Notes: a model not told the origin generated them from the sequence alone. 63,538 bases of DNA, filler included, from Octopus bimaculoides (GCF_001194135.2; 7 parts of 7 records of this genome joined end to end with filler, not necessarily neighbours in it); one strand, 5' to 3'; numbered from the whole stretch's first letter, positions 1 to 13,087 are shown. Program-made: numbers and translations.

Positions 1-608
1 TGTGTGTGTGTGTGTATGCACTTAGATTATGAACAACTTCTGCATCTGGTTTCATAAAGTATTCAACAGTCGGTAGTGGGAATAGTTACTGAAGCCAAGT
101 TTAATAGTATAATAAAATAGTTTAATAGTGTATTTAAAAAAATAGTATAATGAAGTAGAAATATATAATTTAAAATTTCATATAATTAAATATTTGTTTA
201 TAGAATACCAATGGACAGGGTCAAGTTGATTCTAGAAAAATTTAGCATTCTTATTTAATAAAAAAAAAACTTAGTAGAAAACTTTAATATCAATGACTTT
301 AATAAATCTTTTATGTAAAGAGCTATTGAAATCATTTATTAAAACATAAACTGATTAATATAAGTCAAGATAATCACGTCTTACATTTCCGAGAAAGATT
401 TTTTTCAGATATGGGGTTTAACGCACGTCGTAATATTTCGCCATTTTGTGCATGAAGGTTTCTATCTAACAGGAAAACAAAATTAATTGAATGATTTACT
501 ATTAGATGCTTTCAAATCCATATCGCAAACAACGTAATATTCACACCAGCCATCTTTTTTAGACGCTGTTGTCGCTGTTGTTGTTGCTACTTTTTCCCGA
601 ATATACTG

Positions 609-938
609 TTAATGATGGATTGCCAACAAGTTGAAAGGAAAAACAAATAGCATTACAACAAAGAATGGAAACAAAACTTTTTTACTGATAATGATTAAAG
701 AGAAATGCACGTGTTTAATTTGCCACGCAAATATCGCTGTGATAAACACAGACAACTGGAAAGACATTTTAATGCTGTTCATAACATTTTCGCAACATAG
801 TTTCATCCAAATTCGGAAATGAGAAAAACCAAAAACAAAAGAATCAATTTCAAGTTTAGAAATGAAACAGTCGTTTCTAAGTCTCATTTTCTAAATCTTC
901 AGCCGCTCTTTTCGGATATTTCATATAATTACAACAAC

Positions 939-1009
<71 letters not shown>

Positions 1010-1027
1010 AAATAATAATGTATGTGT

Positions 1028-1074
<47 letters not shown>

Positions 1075-1650
1075 TGATAAATTAATATATAAAGTTGGTG
1101 AAATCAAAGAAGCTTTTCTGAAAGCTAGTGACTCACTATTCGCAAATTAAAAGAGAAAGCAGATAAAATGAAGGCTAGAAGTGAGTTACAGTTGTCAAGA
1201 AATTCCAGAACTAATAATAATGACAATATATGACGGTATAACTAAAGAATTACATAAAGATATTTCAGCATATACATGGTTTTTTTCATTGCAAATGGAT
1301 GAACTAACACATTATCTACGTAGCATGAACGTTCATTTATATTCGAATGTTGATTGTTCTGTTATAGAAGATTTTCTAGAAATGTTGCCATTACAAGCTA
1401 AAGCTCAGAAAAAATATTTAGGAATCACTTTACCGTTTCCAGCCTGTATCAATTACTAGTCGGCACATGATAGGTTGTAACAAAGTATTATTACTCTTAA
1501 TAAAACAAAAAAAATCCCTAATTTTCAAGATTTAATTCAAATTTTTGTAGTTTCCTGCAAATAAGCGGAAATTCAGCAAATTTACAAAAAGTGATTGATG
1601 TAGTGTTTAAAATGGTGGATTACATAGGAGCCACTGCATTAGTTCAACTT
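609..1650 (+). mobile_element. Degraded hAT-family (Charlie/Buster, GTF2IRD2/ZBED-like) transposase fossil
   Basis: Fragments read KCTCLICHANIAV (BED-like N-terminus), FSLQMDE...IEDFLEMLPL (FSLQLDESTD-like catalytic region) and VIDVVFKMVDYIGATAL. Stops and frameshifts throughout; split by an (AGT)n/(AAT)n microsatellite. No TIRs found. Confidence 0.7.
939..1072. repeat. Compound (AGT)n + (AAT)n microsatellite
   Basis: Direct reading. Confidence 0.95.
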
Positions 1651-1825
1651 TTTAAGCCTACACCTAAAATCAAATTTTTCTTTTTTGTATTTGGTTTGCA
1701 AGATTCTTTATATGAATTCGTGCTTGGAAGCAAATTTTGTCGTGTCTAGGGAGAGTCATTACGCCAATATTAATAACACACGCACTGGTTCAATTCCACT
1801 CCTTTATTATTAGTCAATTAGTTAA

Positions 1826-2016
1826 GACGGCGAGCTGGTAGAAACGTCAGCACGCCGGGCAAAATGCTTGGCGGTATTTTGTCTGACTTTACGTTCTGAG
1901 TTCAAATTCCGCCGAAGTCGACTTTTCCTTTCATCCTTTTCGGGGTCGATAAATTAAGTACCGGTTGCGTACTGGAGTCCCCAAAAATTTCGGGCCTTGT
2001 ACCTAGATTAGAAAAG
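1826..2016 (+). mobile_element. SINE family A (GGCGGCGAGCTGGCAGAA head) with 20-bp TSD
   Basis: B-box-like GAGTTCAAATTCC; core GTCGACTTT.CCTTTCATCCTTT.CGGGGTCGATAAATTAAGTACC. Flanked by ATTATTAGTCA(A/G)TTAGTTAA at 1806-1825 and 2017-2036. Confidence 0.85.
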
Positions 2017-2099
2017 ATTATTAGTCAGTTAGTTAAATGGTTAAATTAATCGATCGTTTGTTTAACTTGTTGGTTAAACAGTCAGTCGTTTGTTTTGGT

Positions 2100-3710
2100 T
2101 TGGTTTTTCGTCAAAGTCCTTTCGTTGCCATCTGCAACTCTTAGTCCGTTACGGAGGCCGCGTTTGTAACAGAAAAACACAGGAACCTGATCAACGCAGA
2201 AAAGCTCATCAGCAGAGGAAATAGAAAAACCCGACTTGCCGTCCCTTCACAATGCTGAAAGAGCTGCCAGAAGAACTATTTTTAACTATGTTTGTGTGAA
2301 AATCAACGGGTGTTTAATACTTCGTACATCCAGGTTGAAAAATGCTCAAAAAGATTATAGACTGACTTCGACTTTATAACTCAAGGAAGTAATATGGTTC
2401 TATGAACGTGAGATTCCTCACAGATGTCCTGGCACAGAAACATTCAGTGATGCAGTGCAAACACAAGAATCTAATTCTCCTAACAGATGTGCCAACAGAA
2501 GAAGGCATCTAGTAGGTGGGGATATGTATTGTAACCGAAGATTCAAATACGCTGCCTGATACTGAGAAAAAAAAACGAAAAGAAGATTGGTTAGGGAATG
2601 GGTTGAAGATTTTGATCCCGGTTAAACCGAGAACAATGGACAAGATCCCCGATCTTATTGAGCTGCTGAATGTGGCACAACTTTAGGTCATGTTGAAAGG
2701 CAGAAAACCTAGATGCCACACTTGCGGAAGCAACTCTCATTTAAAATCCCTTTGCAAAAGGGTGATGGAAGAAGGCCTGCACAATTACCAACATCAACGG
2801 TAGCAATTACCACACTATCAACGGCAGCAACCAGTAAAACCAATACCAACAAAAACATCCATCCCCTACGGGTAGGAGAGGTCTTTCATCCGCATGTCTA
2901 TCAATTCAGAGAATCAGTCACATACAAATTAATTTCTTATTTCTAATTATGGCCAAGGTGCTTGCGAAAAATATTAGCTCATACCGTTAATGATCTAGTC
3001 GGAGAAGTGGAAAAATATACAATCATGAACAGGTTTGCCCACAACCTCCACTTTATACATGCATCATAGAGAGGGATGAGAACAAACCTGGGCTCATCGA
3101 GCTACTGATTAACTTGGATTAGCCGCAGACTTTTGATAGGGTCGATCAGCGTTACATGGAAGCCGTCTTAAAAATCGGTGCGTTCGAAGCTGTTTTCAGG
3201 AGCTGAATTGCTGCAATGAACAGCGGTGCCTGCTCGGTAATTTAAAGTAAACGGCTACCTCTAAGAACCTTTACGCATTGAAATCTTGTTACGTCAGAGC
3301 TACCCACTCTCGCCTCTCCTGTACGTGCTAGCTCTCGAGCCACTGCAATGGAAGGCGGAACAGTTGATGGACATCCCTCTCGGACTGGAATCTAAGCAGA
3401 CGACATCACTATCATGGTGTTCGATACCTCCGAAGTGGGGACAGTCGGCCCCATATTAAGAGAATATGAGACAGTGGAAGGGGTCATGTTTAAAACGACG
3501 CACGAGTCGTTAGGTTTGCGGCTGGGTACCAGGAGAAACAGGTTCATACCGCTAGACGTCGGCGTCGGAAGCTGTACTGACGGATCGGTTAAATTGCTCG
3601 GGGTCTGCTTCAGTCCCAACCTCCAAGTGGGTAATAACTGGGACAAGGTGACGATCAGTGAAGTCAGTCTTAACCAGAGATAGAAAGCACAGAAAGCACT
3701 GTTTAACTGA
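2100..3710 (+). mobile_element. L1-clade (Tx1-like) LINE fossil: ORF1 CCHC knuckle and RT fragments, endonuclease not visible
   Basis: CHTCGSNSHLKSLC (CX2CX4HX4C) at 2714-2755. RT motifs LINLD..TFDRVD, RQ..PLSPLLYVLALEPL, (Y)ADDITIMV and SLGLRLGT...VKLLGV.F.P.LQV..NW. Multiple stops and frameshifts. Confidence 0.8.
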
Positions 3711-3905
3711 GATAAGTATTTTCAGGACTTGTCAATAATTACAGCCACCAATTTAATATGTTACACCATTGAGTACAAAACTATCAAACATTTACTGTAC
3801 CATCTACACGTCGAATTTGCTTCCGAATTTATGTTTTACTCTATCTATATATGCATATGTATGTGTGTGTGTGTGTCTCTGTGTGTGCATACGGGCGTAT
3901 TCATA

Positions 3906-4771
3906 CGAGGTCTGATCAATAAGTATCTGGACTGTTGCCATAGTAATGAAGCTAAAGCTCTCAGAGAGAAACCGCTTGGCAAAGATTGTCCTTGAACTCT
4001 GCTGTGCATGCACACTAAGTCTTCAAGTTCTAGCTCACATTCACTGCTTACAGCAGTGCTTGGAAGGAACGTGTGTAGCGTGTTATCGTCGCATTGACCA
4101 TGAAAGAGAAAGTTGCCATAACAATACTCGTTCAGAGGTCTACTCAAAGTTGCAGAAAGTGTATGGAGAGGAGTGTATGAGCCGCACACACCTGTACGAG
4201 TGGTTTAGACGTTTCCTGGATGGCCGGAAAAATGTTGATATTAACGAACGTTCTGGGAGAACCGCAACCAGCAGAACTGAGAAAAACATCGCAGGTGTGC
4301 GTGCAGCTGTGAGGGGAATTCGTCGAATCACCACCTGTGAGTTATCAGAGGATGTGCAGATTAGTTACGGTCCAGTTCAGTCCATTATCACAGAGGATTT
4401 GGGTATGAGATGCGTGTCTGTCAAGTTTGTGACAAAACAGCTTTCATCTGACCAAAAAGACACTCGGGTTTCAGTCGCACAAGATCTCCTAGATTGTGTC
4501 GAGAACGATGAAAACTTTTTGAAAACACTGCGTAAGTCTCTGAGCAGGCATCGCGAAGCCTTTGGCAAAATTTGAAGCAGATTTTCTGTTCAACTTTGCC
4601 TGCTACACACGTTCTTTGCACTGCTGTATACAGCGAAAGTGATATTGAGTGTTAAAGCTTAGTGTGCATGTACAGTAGTGTTCAAGGTCAATCCGTACCA
4701 AGCGGCTTCATTCTACGTGTCTTAGCTTCGTTACTATGGCAACCGTCCGAATACTTATTGATCAGACCACG
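3906..4771 (+). mobile_element. Non-autonomous mariner derivative with TA TSDs and a partial transposase (HTH region only)
   Basis: TA|CGAGGTCTGATCAATAAGTAT ... ATACTTATTGATCAGACCACG|TA. Internal frame reads VYGEECMSRTHLYEWFRRF..GR..V....RSGR...S..ELSEDVQISYG.VQSIITEDLGMR.VS.KFV.KQLS.DQK. No DDD catalytic domain. Confidence 0.9.
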
Positions 4772-5068
4772 TATATGTATGTGTATGATTATGTGCGTGT
4801 ATGTGCATGCATTTGTGTGCGTGTATGTGTGTGTGTGTTTGTGTGTTTGTGTGCGTCTGTGTGTGTTTGAGTGTGTGTGCGTGCATGCATGTATGTGTAT
4901 ACATGCACGCACATATATCTGTTCTTTGCTTGTTTATGGGCATCGCTTGGTGACAAAATTGTTACGTTTACATTTAGTTGTTTATTGTCTTCAGTGGATA
5001 ACGAATAAATTTGTTTATATGTTGTATGAACGTGTGTGATTTAGTGAGAATACTTGTTACATAGATGA

Positions 5069-5135
<67 letters not shown>

Positions 5136-6324
5136 CTTACATATGGATATTTATCACCAGAAATGGATTCAATTGCTCCTGTGTGTCTTCTTGTTTTATA
5201 CGCTGTTAAAATAACACCAGATCGAAAGGCTTTCCAGCATATTTCTGTATCATAAGTGCTTTTTGGTAATGATACCACATTTGTGGATAATAAGATTTGA
5301 TTCCTTAACGAAAGATTTCTCGTATATTTTATAAAAACGGTTTTGACCAAGTGCGTATTTTTCAGTGCTTTGAAATTGGTAGGGTTTGTATTTTATATTT
5401 TTCTAACATATCTGTAAACTTTCATGTTTTACGAATCGGGTAGTGATATTCAGTAATATCTTCTTAGTATGTGTTATATTATATAAAAGTTTCTTCCCTT
5501 CCCCAGGTGTATTACTCTCCTACTACTGGATCATTTCAATTCAAAGGGTTTAAGTTCCCATCCGCCTATGCTTCGCAATTTTCAACAACTACCAAGGTCA
5601 GACGTTGAAGATAGCAGAATTTCAATTGAAAATCTTGCTTCTCTCATTTTTTATGTTAACACGACGGAAGCCAGATTTTTTATGCCTGTAGTCAAGGTGG
5701 GAACTCGAAGAACATTGTTTATGAGGAAGTTTTTCACTGAAAAGTATTTTTTATATTTTTGTCAGGGGTAATTATTTTTTCCTATTTTTATTTCCTTTTC
5801 TTTAAATGGTTGTCTCTGTTTTCAGTAGGATTTATCCCGTTTCATTTTCAATACATGAAACACCATGAGAGCCGTCTATTTCCTCGAAAATGCCGAAAGA
5901 GCATTTTTAATTACTTTATTATTTTCATTCAACGAGTTTTGGATAATCTAGGGGCTACATACATACATACGTACATATATACATGGGAGCATACATATAA
6001 ACATGCATGCATGCATACATATATACATACATACATACATACATACATACATACATACATACATACGTATATAAGTACCTACTTGGGTAAATACATATGT
6101 ATTGTTGATGAATTCAATTGTCCAAAAGAACAAACTTCTCATCGCAAATCAACGACAACGAAATCTTTATAAAGATTTTCTCTGACACGGTCCACTGCCG
6201 TTATCAATGAGTTCTTTTGTATTTGAAGTCGTTGGTACGTAGATAACACATGCGTAACTAAATATTTAAGCAATATTCTTCAAAAATAAAAGGACTTCGT
6301 GTGTATTCTACAAATTCTACAAAT

Positions 6325-6708
6325 TCCTTAGTGGCAGTTGCAGGACCTCTAGACCTTGGGTCATCTTCAAGACTCTCCTTTCTCCTTTTAAATTCAGCTG
6401 CTCATCTTCGCACTGTTGATAAAGTTGGACCATCATCCCCTACTGTAGTAACCATGTAAGCATGAATGTCCTTGGGGGCTGAACTCTTTTTCTGTAAGTA
6501 CTTAACAACAGCACGATGCCAAGTTGGTTCCAATTTCAAGAGAAGTCACTACTTGTTACATTTGAAGTCTCTTTTGAACTGAAGTCGCTTTACCCAGAAA
6601 GAAAGAATGCAGTTATTAATAAAAAGGGATGAAATTAATGCATTCAAGATTTCACAGTTCTCGCATCACTCCTCATAGCCAGCCTATGAACTTTTCAGCC
6701 CACTCTCG
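6325..6708 (-). mobile_element. Mariner 5' fragment (left TIR plus transposase N-terminus)
   Basis: Minus strand starts TA|CGAGAGTGGGCTGAAAAGTTCATAGG and encodes WHRAVVKYLQKK..APKDIHAYMV.T.GDD.PTLSTVRR*AAEFKR.KESLEDDPRS. Confidence 0.8.
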
Positions 6709-7148
6709 TATCCCTCAACAAACCGCTCTACACTGTTGCTAATAGGTCCTATAAAGTGATATAGCTGTATCGGAATAAACAGCTAGCTTTCAATATTGAG
6801 TTGAACTTCTCTCATTGGAGAGGTTGTGTTCCTCCCAGCTCATTTGCTCTAAAAACCATGCGTCTTCTGCAAGCATGACTGATGTGTTGCCAATTGCACC
6901 AAATTAACTTTCCGTTTCTCTTTCATCAAATTAGACACTTTAATTTTATAAGCGAATAAGTTGTTTTGTATTTTTTTTTTCATCAAAGGGGTTTTTAACC
7001 CAATATACTACTAACTATTATCTAAACTGCCATTCTCCCCGAGATACACTGTTAAATGACTTATTTACATATTTCTTTATGTTTCTACATTAATTCTCCC
7101 ACCTCTCTTTCTCTCTCCTCCTACACACACTCACAGTCACTCACTCAC

Positions 7149-7192
<44 letters not shown>

Positions 7193-7350
7193 TGGTAGAT
7201 ATATAGATAGATTGACAGCTAAATAGCTAGAGAGATAGATAGATTTGTATGCATATATGTGCATTATATATATATATATGTATGTGCATGTGTGTGTGTG
7301 TGTGTGTGTGTTTATGTGTATGCATATATATATATATATATATATATATA

Positions 7351-8177
7351 CAGGGTAAATTGGCGCCTTTATATATTTTTATTTCGTGCATACGCATTGT
7401 TTGTTTTTGATTTTGTTGACTACACAGTATAGTGTTGTCAGTTGAGCACCGTCTGTGAGAAAAACAGCACCATGATGCAATTCACTCTGCCAGAAAATTG
7501 GAAACAACATGCTGTACTGCTTGGCATTCGCGCCGGAAGTTCCAGTACGAATATTTCAGAGTATTTGGGTGTCAATCAGAGGACAGTGCAATCTGAGGAC
7601 ATGTACCGAGTGTGATAAAAATCAAACACACAGTCAACATCATAGTGTTTGGAGTGATCACTACTGATGGCGACCTTATGCCTCCATCTTCCCACATAGC
7701 CTCGGACTCAACACAGAGGCCTACATCAAGTGCCTGAAGGAGGTAGTGCTGCCCTGAGTCAAGAGAGTGGCTGCTGGAAGAATTTATGTCTGGCAACAGG
7801 ACTCTGCACCATGTCACACAAGCAAGAGAACCCTAACATCTGGCCACTTAACTCCCCAGGCTGCAACCCCCTTGATTTATTATGCGTGAGGCGCAGTTGA
7901 GAGAGAGACCAACAAAACTCCTTGTAATACCAAAGATGAACTGAAGGCAAGGATTATGGCAGCATTCACCAAAAGGAGACCGTCCAGCAGTGTTGCGGGA
8001 GGTTCCGAAGTCATGTGGAGGCTGTGATTAACGCCAATGGCGATATTATTGAATGGATTTACTTTTTAGTATTTCAAGATATTTTTATGTAATTTTGGTA
8101 AATATATCTGTTAGAATGGGATGTCAGTGTTACTTTCGTCTTTGCGCAATTTAGACAACAGCTCATTCACCGCACCG
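7351..8177 (+). mobile_element. Internally deleted Tc1/mariner-superfamily (maT/DD37D-like) element
   Basis: TA-flanked ends. Fragments read QQDSAPCHTS, WPLNSPGCNPLD and GAVERETN. A second copy of the family lies at 46690. Confidence 0.8.
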
Positions 8178-8209
8178 TATATATGTATATATGAATTTCT
8201 CACTCTCTC

Positions 8210-8302
<93 letters not shown>

Positions 8303-8313
8303 NNNNNNNNNNN

Positions 8314-8397
<84 letters not shown>

Positions 8398-8589
8398 TGT
8401 ATATATATATATTTATATATATTTATATATATGTATGTATATATATATATATATGTATGTATGTATGTATGTATTTATGCATGTATGTATGTATGCATGT
8501 ATGTACTTGTATGTATGTATGTATGTATGTATGTATGTACAGTGATCGCCACTTCTTTACAGAAAGTCATCTCTTCAATTAGTGAATTC

Positions 8590-8925
8590 CGTTGGGAGCT
8601 TTTATATGACGATCAAGGTCTGGATTTGGACATAGAGGCACTGCTATAAATGTTACACACATTTTCGGGCAGAAAAGAATTTAGGATTGAAATCAAGTCA
8701 TGTTTACGAAATGCTCGTTTCAAGATGGAGCGTTCGATTTTCCATGTTTGAAATGCTTTGCACCCATTGTGGATCACTTCTTTTCAAGCCAATCGATTTT
8801 CCGTTATCTTCTCCCAGTCTTTAACATCAACACAAAGAGTCTAAAAGTTGTTTTTGTCGACATCGCTAAAATGTTTCTTAAGGTAATGGCTTGGACGTTT
8901 ACCATATTGCAACTACCCGTGAAAC
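8590..8925 (-). mobile_element. RTE-clade LINE ORF2 C-terminal fossil
   Basis: Minus strand reads GKRP..., DVKDWEKITENRLA*KEVIHNGCKAF..KRAFRK, then a degenerate C-terminal Cys/His finger. This is typical of RTE 3' ends. Confidence 0.6.
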
Positions 8926-8938
8926 AATAACTACATAA

Positions 8939-9121
8939 TAGGCACAAGGCCTGAAATTTTGAGGGATGGGGCTAGAGGGTAATATCATCCCTAGTACTTG
9001 ACTTTTTTCTTTTTTTTATCGACCTGGAGCGGGTGAAAACCAAACTCAACGTTTGAACTCAGACCCTAAAAGCATACAAAATGCAGCTAAGCACTGTGAA
9101 TACGTTTCTGCCAGCTCACCG

Positions 9122-9122
<1 letters not shown>
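8939..9122 (-). mobile_element. SINE family A, degenerate copy
   Basis: Reverse complement of the family-A head (TTCTGCCAGCTCACC), B box (TTTGAACTCAG) and tail (GGCACAAGGCCTGAAATTTT). Confidence 0.75.
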
Positions 9123-9180
<58 letters not shown>

Positions 9181-9519
9181 GCACGCACACATACACACAC
9201 ACTCAGGGTGAAAGTGTAAACAAGAACAGGACAGTGAGAACAAGACAGTAAAAACAAGACAAAGTAAACTAACACTTAATTACTTTATATAAAAAGATTG
9301 AAATTCGATTATCATGTTTACTATTTCAATTTGAATTTTTCAGAATTTTTAGAATGTATTTCCAACTAGTTAGCTCCTGTGGAAAGCTCTTCATTGGACC
9401 TTGGGCCCAACAATCACACTTCATGCACTGAGTACATATTGAATTCTACTAAACTTGACCAATATTTTTCAAGCAATGAACAATTGTCATCTGACCGTTG
9501 ACTGAACACTATTCAATTT

Positions 9520-9688
9520 TTTTTTCTCCGTGTTTTTCTCCTTGTCTCCGTATTCTTTCTGTTGAAGAGCGTATCTCGAAACGTCAAAGACTTTCCGTAT
9601 TCCCGAGCGTCATACTAATACATCCTTTTGTTATTTACACCACCTGTCCTCGTCTGTTGTTGTTTTTTCGTATATTCTCCCATATATA
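9520..9688 (+). mobile_element. Short dispersed repeat family Y (Penelope-like pLTR/tail type) carrying a hammerhead-like motif
   Basis: About 150 bp aligns to the inverted copy at 54533-54672. Both end in TATTCTCCCATATA next to TA-rich sequence. Confidence 0.7.
9554..9590 (+). ncRNA. Minimal type-I hammerhead-like motif, core variant CUGUUGA
   Basis: TCTTT-CTGTTGA-A-GAG(CGTAT)CTC-GAAA-CG-TC-AAAGA. Stem I is 5 bp, stem II is 3 bp, stem III is palindromic ACGU, and there is a GUC triplet. A6 is replaced by U. Confidence 0.5.
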
Positions 9689-9780
9689 ATTTGTCGACTT
9701 GGAACTTATTGCAATGCTGCATGATAAACAACATTTTTTTGTCTTCCCATTCAGGGGTCAGTACATTTTTCCATCTAACT

Positions 9781-9874
<94 letters not shown>

Positions 9875-9899
9875 TCCCTCTCTCTCTGTTGATTGTTTT

Positions 9900-10614
9900 C
9901 AACCATCACCAGTACCACTACCATCGCCATCACAACTGCCATACACACACCCTTCAGATTTCTGACACCACCACCATCAATACCTTCCCCTCCACCACCA
10001 TCACCACTGTCTTTCACATCGCTTACTATCATCATTGTCCCTGACTTCTTCAACTACCACCACCACCACCACCACCACCATCATCACCGTCGCCTCCGCT
10101 TCTATCACAGCTACAGCTCATACTATTACTATCACCCCATTACCATCACAACCGTCAATCTACTACCGTCTCCATACCTGTTATTACTCTCACCTCATCA
10201 TGAGCAATAGTAGGAGTGTGAATGAATAGTGAGAGAAGGGTCGAAGTGTGACACACTGATACACAGAAACTAATTTTCGCATTTATTATGTTAGATGATA
10301 TACCTAACTAATATCGGGCGACCCTCTAGTCTACTGCTGTGCACCGTTGGAGACCGAGTTCTCCCGATACTCCACACACGAAGTGATGGTGCTCCTATCA
10401 CATTCAACAGGTTACACGGCTCACTACATTTCACTAATAAAACAATGTGACATGTACCCTTAATAAAAGCTTTGTGATAAAGTTTCCTCCTACATCCTCC
10501 TCTCCATCTAATATATTCTATTAATAACTTTTGCCTTTGTATTAATGTGGTAAATAATTCAGTTTATTGTGTTGGAGAGTGTCCTGTTTCGATCTGTTAA
10601 ATTGGTAGCCATAC

Positions 10615-10670
<56 letters not shown>

Positions 10671-11902
10671 TATTTGTAGTCGTTTGTTCATTTGCTTTTT
10701 TTGTGTTATTTTTACTTATTCATATATTTATTTATTTTATAAATCACTTTAGATATTGGATCTGATTCGTATTTGATCGTCTCTAACAGATTCGTGCTCA
10801 ACAACAGCCCAGTTCGATCGAAACCGCAACTCGCCACCCACTACCCACTTTGTTATCGCCATCACCGTTATCAACGTCACTTGCTACTAGCAGTGACTCC
10901 ACCAAACAAACCACCATTACCAGCCTCTCCATCACCACCACCATCACCACCATCACCACCACCACCACCATTACTATGTATCATTATCGACGTAGTTGTG
11001 CACAGCAACCACGAGGAGTGTAAGCCCATTATGGCACCACCAACACCACCACTACCACCATCACTATCACTACTGCCACCACCACGACAATGACCACCAC
11101 CACCACCACTGCCACCACCACCACCATCACCACTACCATCACCACTACCACCACCACCACCACAGCAACAGCAGTAACAGTCAAAAGCCCTACTATAGCT
11201 AGGATCGCCACCACAACATCGACTGCAATTGTCATCAGTACTGCCAATGTCATTGTCACTACTATCACCGTCATGAGTATTAGCTCTACACCACCACCAC
11301 TACCACCAACACTAACACCAACACTAACATTACCACCACGCTACCATGAATACCACCAACACCATCACTGCCATCAACACCAATACCAATACAACTACCA
11401 CCACCTTCACTACCACCAACACCGCCGCTGTCACTACTACCAATACAACCACCACCAACACCATCCTCAGTACTCCAAACATTACCACCAATACCACTAC
11501 CACCACCATCAATACCACCACCACCAACACTACCACTACTATCAACAACATCACCACTGCCGTCTACAAAATCCCTGCCACCAATACCAACACCACTACC
11601 ACCAACACCATCACTCGCACCACTATCAACACCATCACTTCTACCACCACCTCTGCCGCCAAATACTACTACAACTATCGCCACCAACACCGCAATCCAC
11701 CATCAGCACCAACACCGCCGCCACTACTATTTTCATCACCACCACCACCACCACTACCAGTATCACCGCCACCACCACCACTCCTACTACCACCACCCCT
11801 ACCACCATCTCTACCACCACCATTATCGCCTCCGCCACCGAATCCGTCTCCTGCACCACCACTACATTACCGTCATCGTTACCAAAACCATTACTACCAT
11901 CA

Positions 11903-11948
<46 letters not shown>

Positions 11949-11950
11949 CA
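9900..11950. repeat. Cryptic (ACC/ACT/ATC)n trinucleotide low-complexity tracts
   Basis: Imperfect CAC/TAC/CAT runs at about 9900-10200 and 10850-11950. They produce spurious T/H/P-rich ORFs. Confidence 0.85.
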
Positions 11951-12794
11951 TCACGATCGAGAGTGGCTCTACGATGCCGTTCGACCTTCTTGAAAGATCA
12001 GCCAGATTTCCTCAACTCCTACTCTTCGGTCTTATGAAAGGAAGAACATATTGAACAATGTAGTAGTTCTAGCAAAGCAGAACTTCGAAACCGGAACGTC
12101 TTTAATCATGGGTTTATTCAACAGGGGTTGATCCGAGGGTGAACAACAACAATCACTACCCCAGCCACTATAGAGTTGCTATACCTGTATTTACCACATA
12201 GGAGCAAGGAAACCTTTATGTGGTCGTTCCTACGGTTAGAAATAGCAGTCAAATTCTTACTTTCTTTAAGCTTGCTTTCTTGAAAAAGAATGATACACTG
12301 AATAATGTAACGCAATGGGTGCTGCCTGGAAAAAGACAGGACGGTCACGACTGGAACGTCTGTGATTATAGATCAGTTCAATAAAGGATGACCAAGGGTT
12401 CAACAACAGCAACAATAACAGTAGCAACAGCAGCAACAACAACAGCAGCAGCAAGAAACACTATCAACAACTATTCACCGAAATCACCACTTTCCTTATC
12501 GAGCCGTAGCACAGCCTCAATATGCCCGCCCGACCTGCTAAAATAGCAGCTAATTTCCACCGCGTCACTAGAATCAACAAGCTGGAATTTTGCCGCTGTT
12601 CAATCACAGCTTTGCTCAATCAAGGCTGAACTGGAATGAAACAATGTCAACAGCAATAACGTCACTAACTCTATAGTAACTATCACTACAGTAACTACCA
12701 CTATAGTAACTATCACTATAGTTACTATCACCACCTTACTGTCATAGCGACAAATATAACTAATATCAGCATCATTATCAATGTCAGAATCAGT

Positions 12795-13087
12795 CGGCGA
12801 GCTGGCAGAAACGTTAGCACACCGGCCGAAATACTTAGTAGTATTTTGTCTGCCGCTACCTTCTGAGTTCAAATTCCGCCGAGGTCGACTTTGCCTTTCA
12901 TCCTTTCGGGGTCGATTAAATAAGTGCCAGTTATGCACTGGTGTCGATATAATCTGTTTGTCTGTCCTCGTTTGTCCCCTCTGTGTGTAGCTCCTTGTTG
13001 GCAGTAAAGAAAGAAGAATCGTTAGCACACCGGGCGTAATGCTTAGTGGTATTTCATCTGTCTTCCCGTTCTGAGTTCAAATTCTTC
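12795..13087 (+). mobile_element. Two head-to-tail SINE family A copies (second is 5'-truncated and runs into a gap)
   Basis: Full copy about 12795-13012 with the TTTGTCTGTCCT..TTTGTCCCCT tail variant. It is followed directly by GAAGAATCGTTAGCAC...GAGTTCAAATTC. Confidence 0.85.

Noticed and set aside
3946-4575. 209-aa ORF as an active mariner transposase
   Set aside because: The start lies in the TIR region, and the frame ends before the DDD catalytic domain.
10773-12037. Thr-rich 315-aa ORF and overlapping His/Pro-rich ORFs as a mucin-like exon
   Set aside because: All frames and both strands stay open because CAC/TAC/CAT repeats lack stops. No convincing donor or flanking domain was found, and similar tracts recur at 55100 and 58300.
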